A stretch of 64,000 bases of DNA from Kamptonema formosum PCC 6407 (lineage in GTDB: Bacteria > Cyanobacteriota > Cyanobacteriia > Cyanobacteriales > Microcoleaceae), in NCBI RefSeq assembly GCF_000332155.1, contig NZ_KB235903.1, positions 715,156 through 779,155 on the forward strand, written 5' to 3'. The notes under the pieces are model-generated. The model searched no databases, had not been told where the DNA came from, and saw nothing but the letters and a program-made list of their open reading frames with translations. Shown here in pieces: positions 62,491 to 64,000 of this stretch. A program made the translations under genes and the position numbers. How positions within the stretch are numbered: the first letter of the stretch is position 1; every line of letters begins with the position of its first letter.

Positions 62491-63042
62491 AGTTTATATT
62501 TAAGATTGTAGATTGACAGATTAAATATTTAATGGTATGTCCAGATAATTTGATAGTAATTTAGTTCTGCGATCCCCAAATCAAGATAGGATGAAAGTTA
62601 AATTTAATTACGGATTTTCCGTTCCATTTCTAATGAGTCTTGTCAGGAACTCAGGGCTCAAGCCACTGAGCTTGTAAGAAGTTGCAAGCTATTCTGACCA
62701 GCCTAAGCCTTAAGTGGCTACGTTTTTTGAGTCACGACACCGGCGAATGCGAAGCTAGTTTTCCGCTCTGTCATCTGCAATTAAACAGTTTTAAAGTCAC
62801 TGAAACAGTGTTGCAGGTTTAACAAGCTCTTAAAACATTGGCGAAGCTAACATCACCCCGCAAGGGAGGCTCGAAAGAGCAAAACATTATGCGTACAGGA
62901 TTGCGAGGTTTGAGATGGTAATTGTCCCATCGAAAGTACATTACAAAAGTACACCAAGCTAAACAATCCCAAGGCGGTAATGGACAAAAAAGATTCACGG
63001 TGGTTAAAACCACCGTGTCGTTTCCCACATACCGAGTTTTTT

Positions 63043-63441
63043 ATGAAGCACTATGTTTCCCGCCTGCTAGCCTTGGTTTTGGTGGTTGTCATCGGCTTAA
63101 TCGGCTGTTCCAATGTCCCGTCCACTCTGACTGGAGATTATCGCCAAGACACATTAGGATTAGTCAACAGTTTGAGAACAGCGATCGCCTTACCAGACAA
63201 TTCCCCAGATAAGGCCCCCGCTCAAGCAGATGCGCGTCAAAAAATCAATGATTTTGCCGCTACTTACCGCCGGGATGGAACGCTGACCAAGCTTACATCC
63301 TTTACAACAATGCGAACAGCATTGAATTCTTTAGCTGGACATTACAGTTCCTATCCCAACCGTCCTCTGCCGGACAAATTGAAGAAGCGCCTAGAATCCG
63401 AATTTCAGCAGGTAGAAGCTGCATTGAAGCGAGGAGCTTGA
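63043..63441 (+). CDS. psb27: Photosystem II assembly lipoprotein Psb27
   Basis: Lipoprotein signal with LIGC lipobox. GDYRQDTL...LRTAI..P pattern of Psb27; ~132 aa from the ATG at 63043. Confidence 0.7.
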   Translation: MKHYVSRLLALVLVVVIGLIGCSNVPSTLTGDYRQDTLGLVNSLRTAIALPDNSPDKAPAQADARQKINDFAATYRRDGTLTKLTSFTTMRTALNSLAGHYSSYPNRPLPDKLKKRLESEFQQVEAALKRGA

Positions 63442-63666
63442 GCGATCGAGGAAATTTGAAGGATGAAGTTTGGGGCAGAAATTAAGTATTTTCAGGCTTC
63501 ATCCTTCACATTTAAGGACTTTCACAGGAAAGTCCTAGTCATTTTTACGCCCGTTCTCCAAGGGCGTTTTTTAAGTGTGCGATAATGCTGAAAAGTTTGG
63601 CAGGGTGCTGAATAACTATTGAATCCTGTCCTTTTACTCCCTTGCGAGCCATCTTCTGATTGCCTT

Positions 63667-64000
63667 ATGAAATTTGCCTTAACTCGGAACACCACGCCTC
63701 AACGCCAGCGGCAGATATTGAGCGCGGTTGCTGCGATTTTAACCAGTAGCCTTTTCCACCCCTTCATCCTCAACAAACCCGCTCAAGCGGAAACTTTAAG
63801 CTACTGTAAGTTATCACCAAATGATGTTCAGCAAAAAGAAAATTTACGCCAAGAAGCATTAACAGGAAAGCCAGAAGCTCAGCAAGCCTATTTTTCGATT
63901 TTGGCTGAACACGCACGACAAATGACAGAGTGCCGCACTAGAACTTGGCCGCAAACTCAGGCAATTTGGTTGCGTTTATATCCCTGCGATGCGAGGCCCG
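63667..64000 (+). CDS. Partial ORF (3' end beyond window): secreted hypothetical protein
   Basis: ATG start, signal-peptide-like ILSAVAAILTSSLF..AQA; runs off the window end. Confidence 0.35.
   Translation, partial: MKFALTRNTTPQRQRQILSAVAAILTSSLFHPFILNKPAQAETLSYCKLSPNDVQQKENLRQEALTGKPEAQQAYFSILAEHARQMTECRTRTWPQTQAIWLRLYPCDARP

Overview
This 64 kb window comes from a heterocyst-forming (Nostocales-type) cyanobacterium. The HIP1 octamer GCGATCGC is extremely frequent and many intergenic regions carry tandem heptamer (STRR-like) arrays. No rRNA, tRNA or CRISPR array was found by eye.

Layout:
- 1.5-20.2 kb: a contiguous, uninterrupted nif cluster. cysE-nifZ-nifT lie on the minus strand, divergent from nifB-nifS-nifU-nifH-nifD-nifK-(Mo-nitro_C)-nifE-nifN-nifX-DUF269-hesA-hesB-fdxH, followed by an fdxB-like ferredoxin, a SAM methyltransferase, a small unknown ORF and a mop gene on the opposite strand. 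Nothing resembling nifV, fdxN or nifW sits at the canonical positions. nifD and the nifB-nifS interval carry no excision element.
- 20.9-24.7 kb: a redox gene set. It holds a 4xEF-hand/Erv1-ALR sulfhydryl-oxidase fusion with a CPYC motif, a sulfiredoxin and a Dps, punctuated by MITE-like elements.
- 25.1-28.1 kb: a partner-switching module (STAS, RR-PP2C, RsbW-like kinase).
- 28.2-35.3 kb: a DUF1350 hydrolase, a PEP-CTERM protein, a flotillin and a Ycf46-like AAA ATPase.
- 36.2-40.2 kb: the most unusual locus. A tight three-gene operon encodes a LuxR-HTH/TIR/AAA_35 STAND-like protein, a second AAA_35 protein and a Cas6-like endoribonuclease, with no CRISPR array or other cas genes. This is a candidate undescribed defence or signalling system.
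- 42.5-49.3 kb: a cluster of hybrid and PAS/GAF histidine kinases.
- 49.4-51.4 kb: an AT-rich two-gene module of unknown membrane proteins.
- 52.1-56.7 kb: the cpcBACDEF operon on the minus strand.
- 58.3-64 kb: a pacL-like Ca-ATPase, recF carrying an in-frame STRR insertion, psb27 and a partial ORF.
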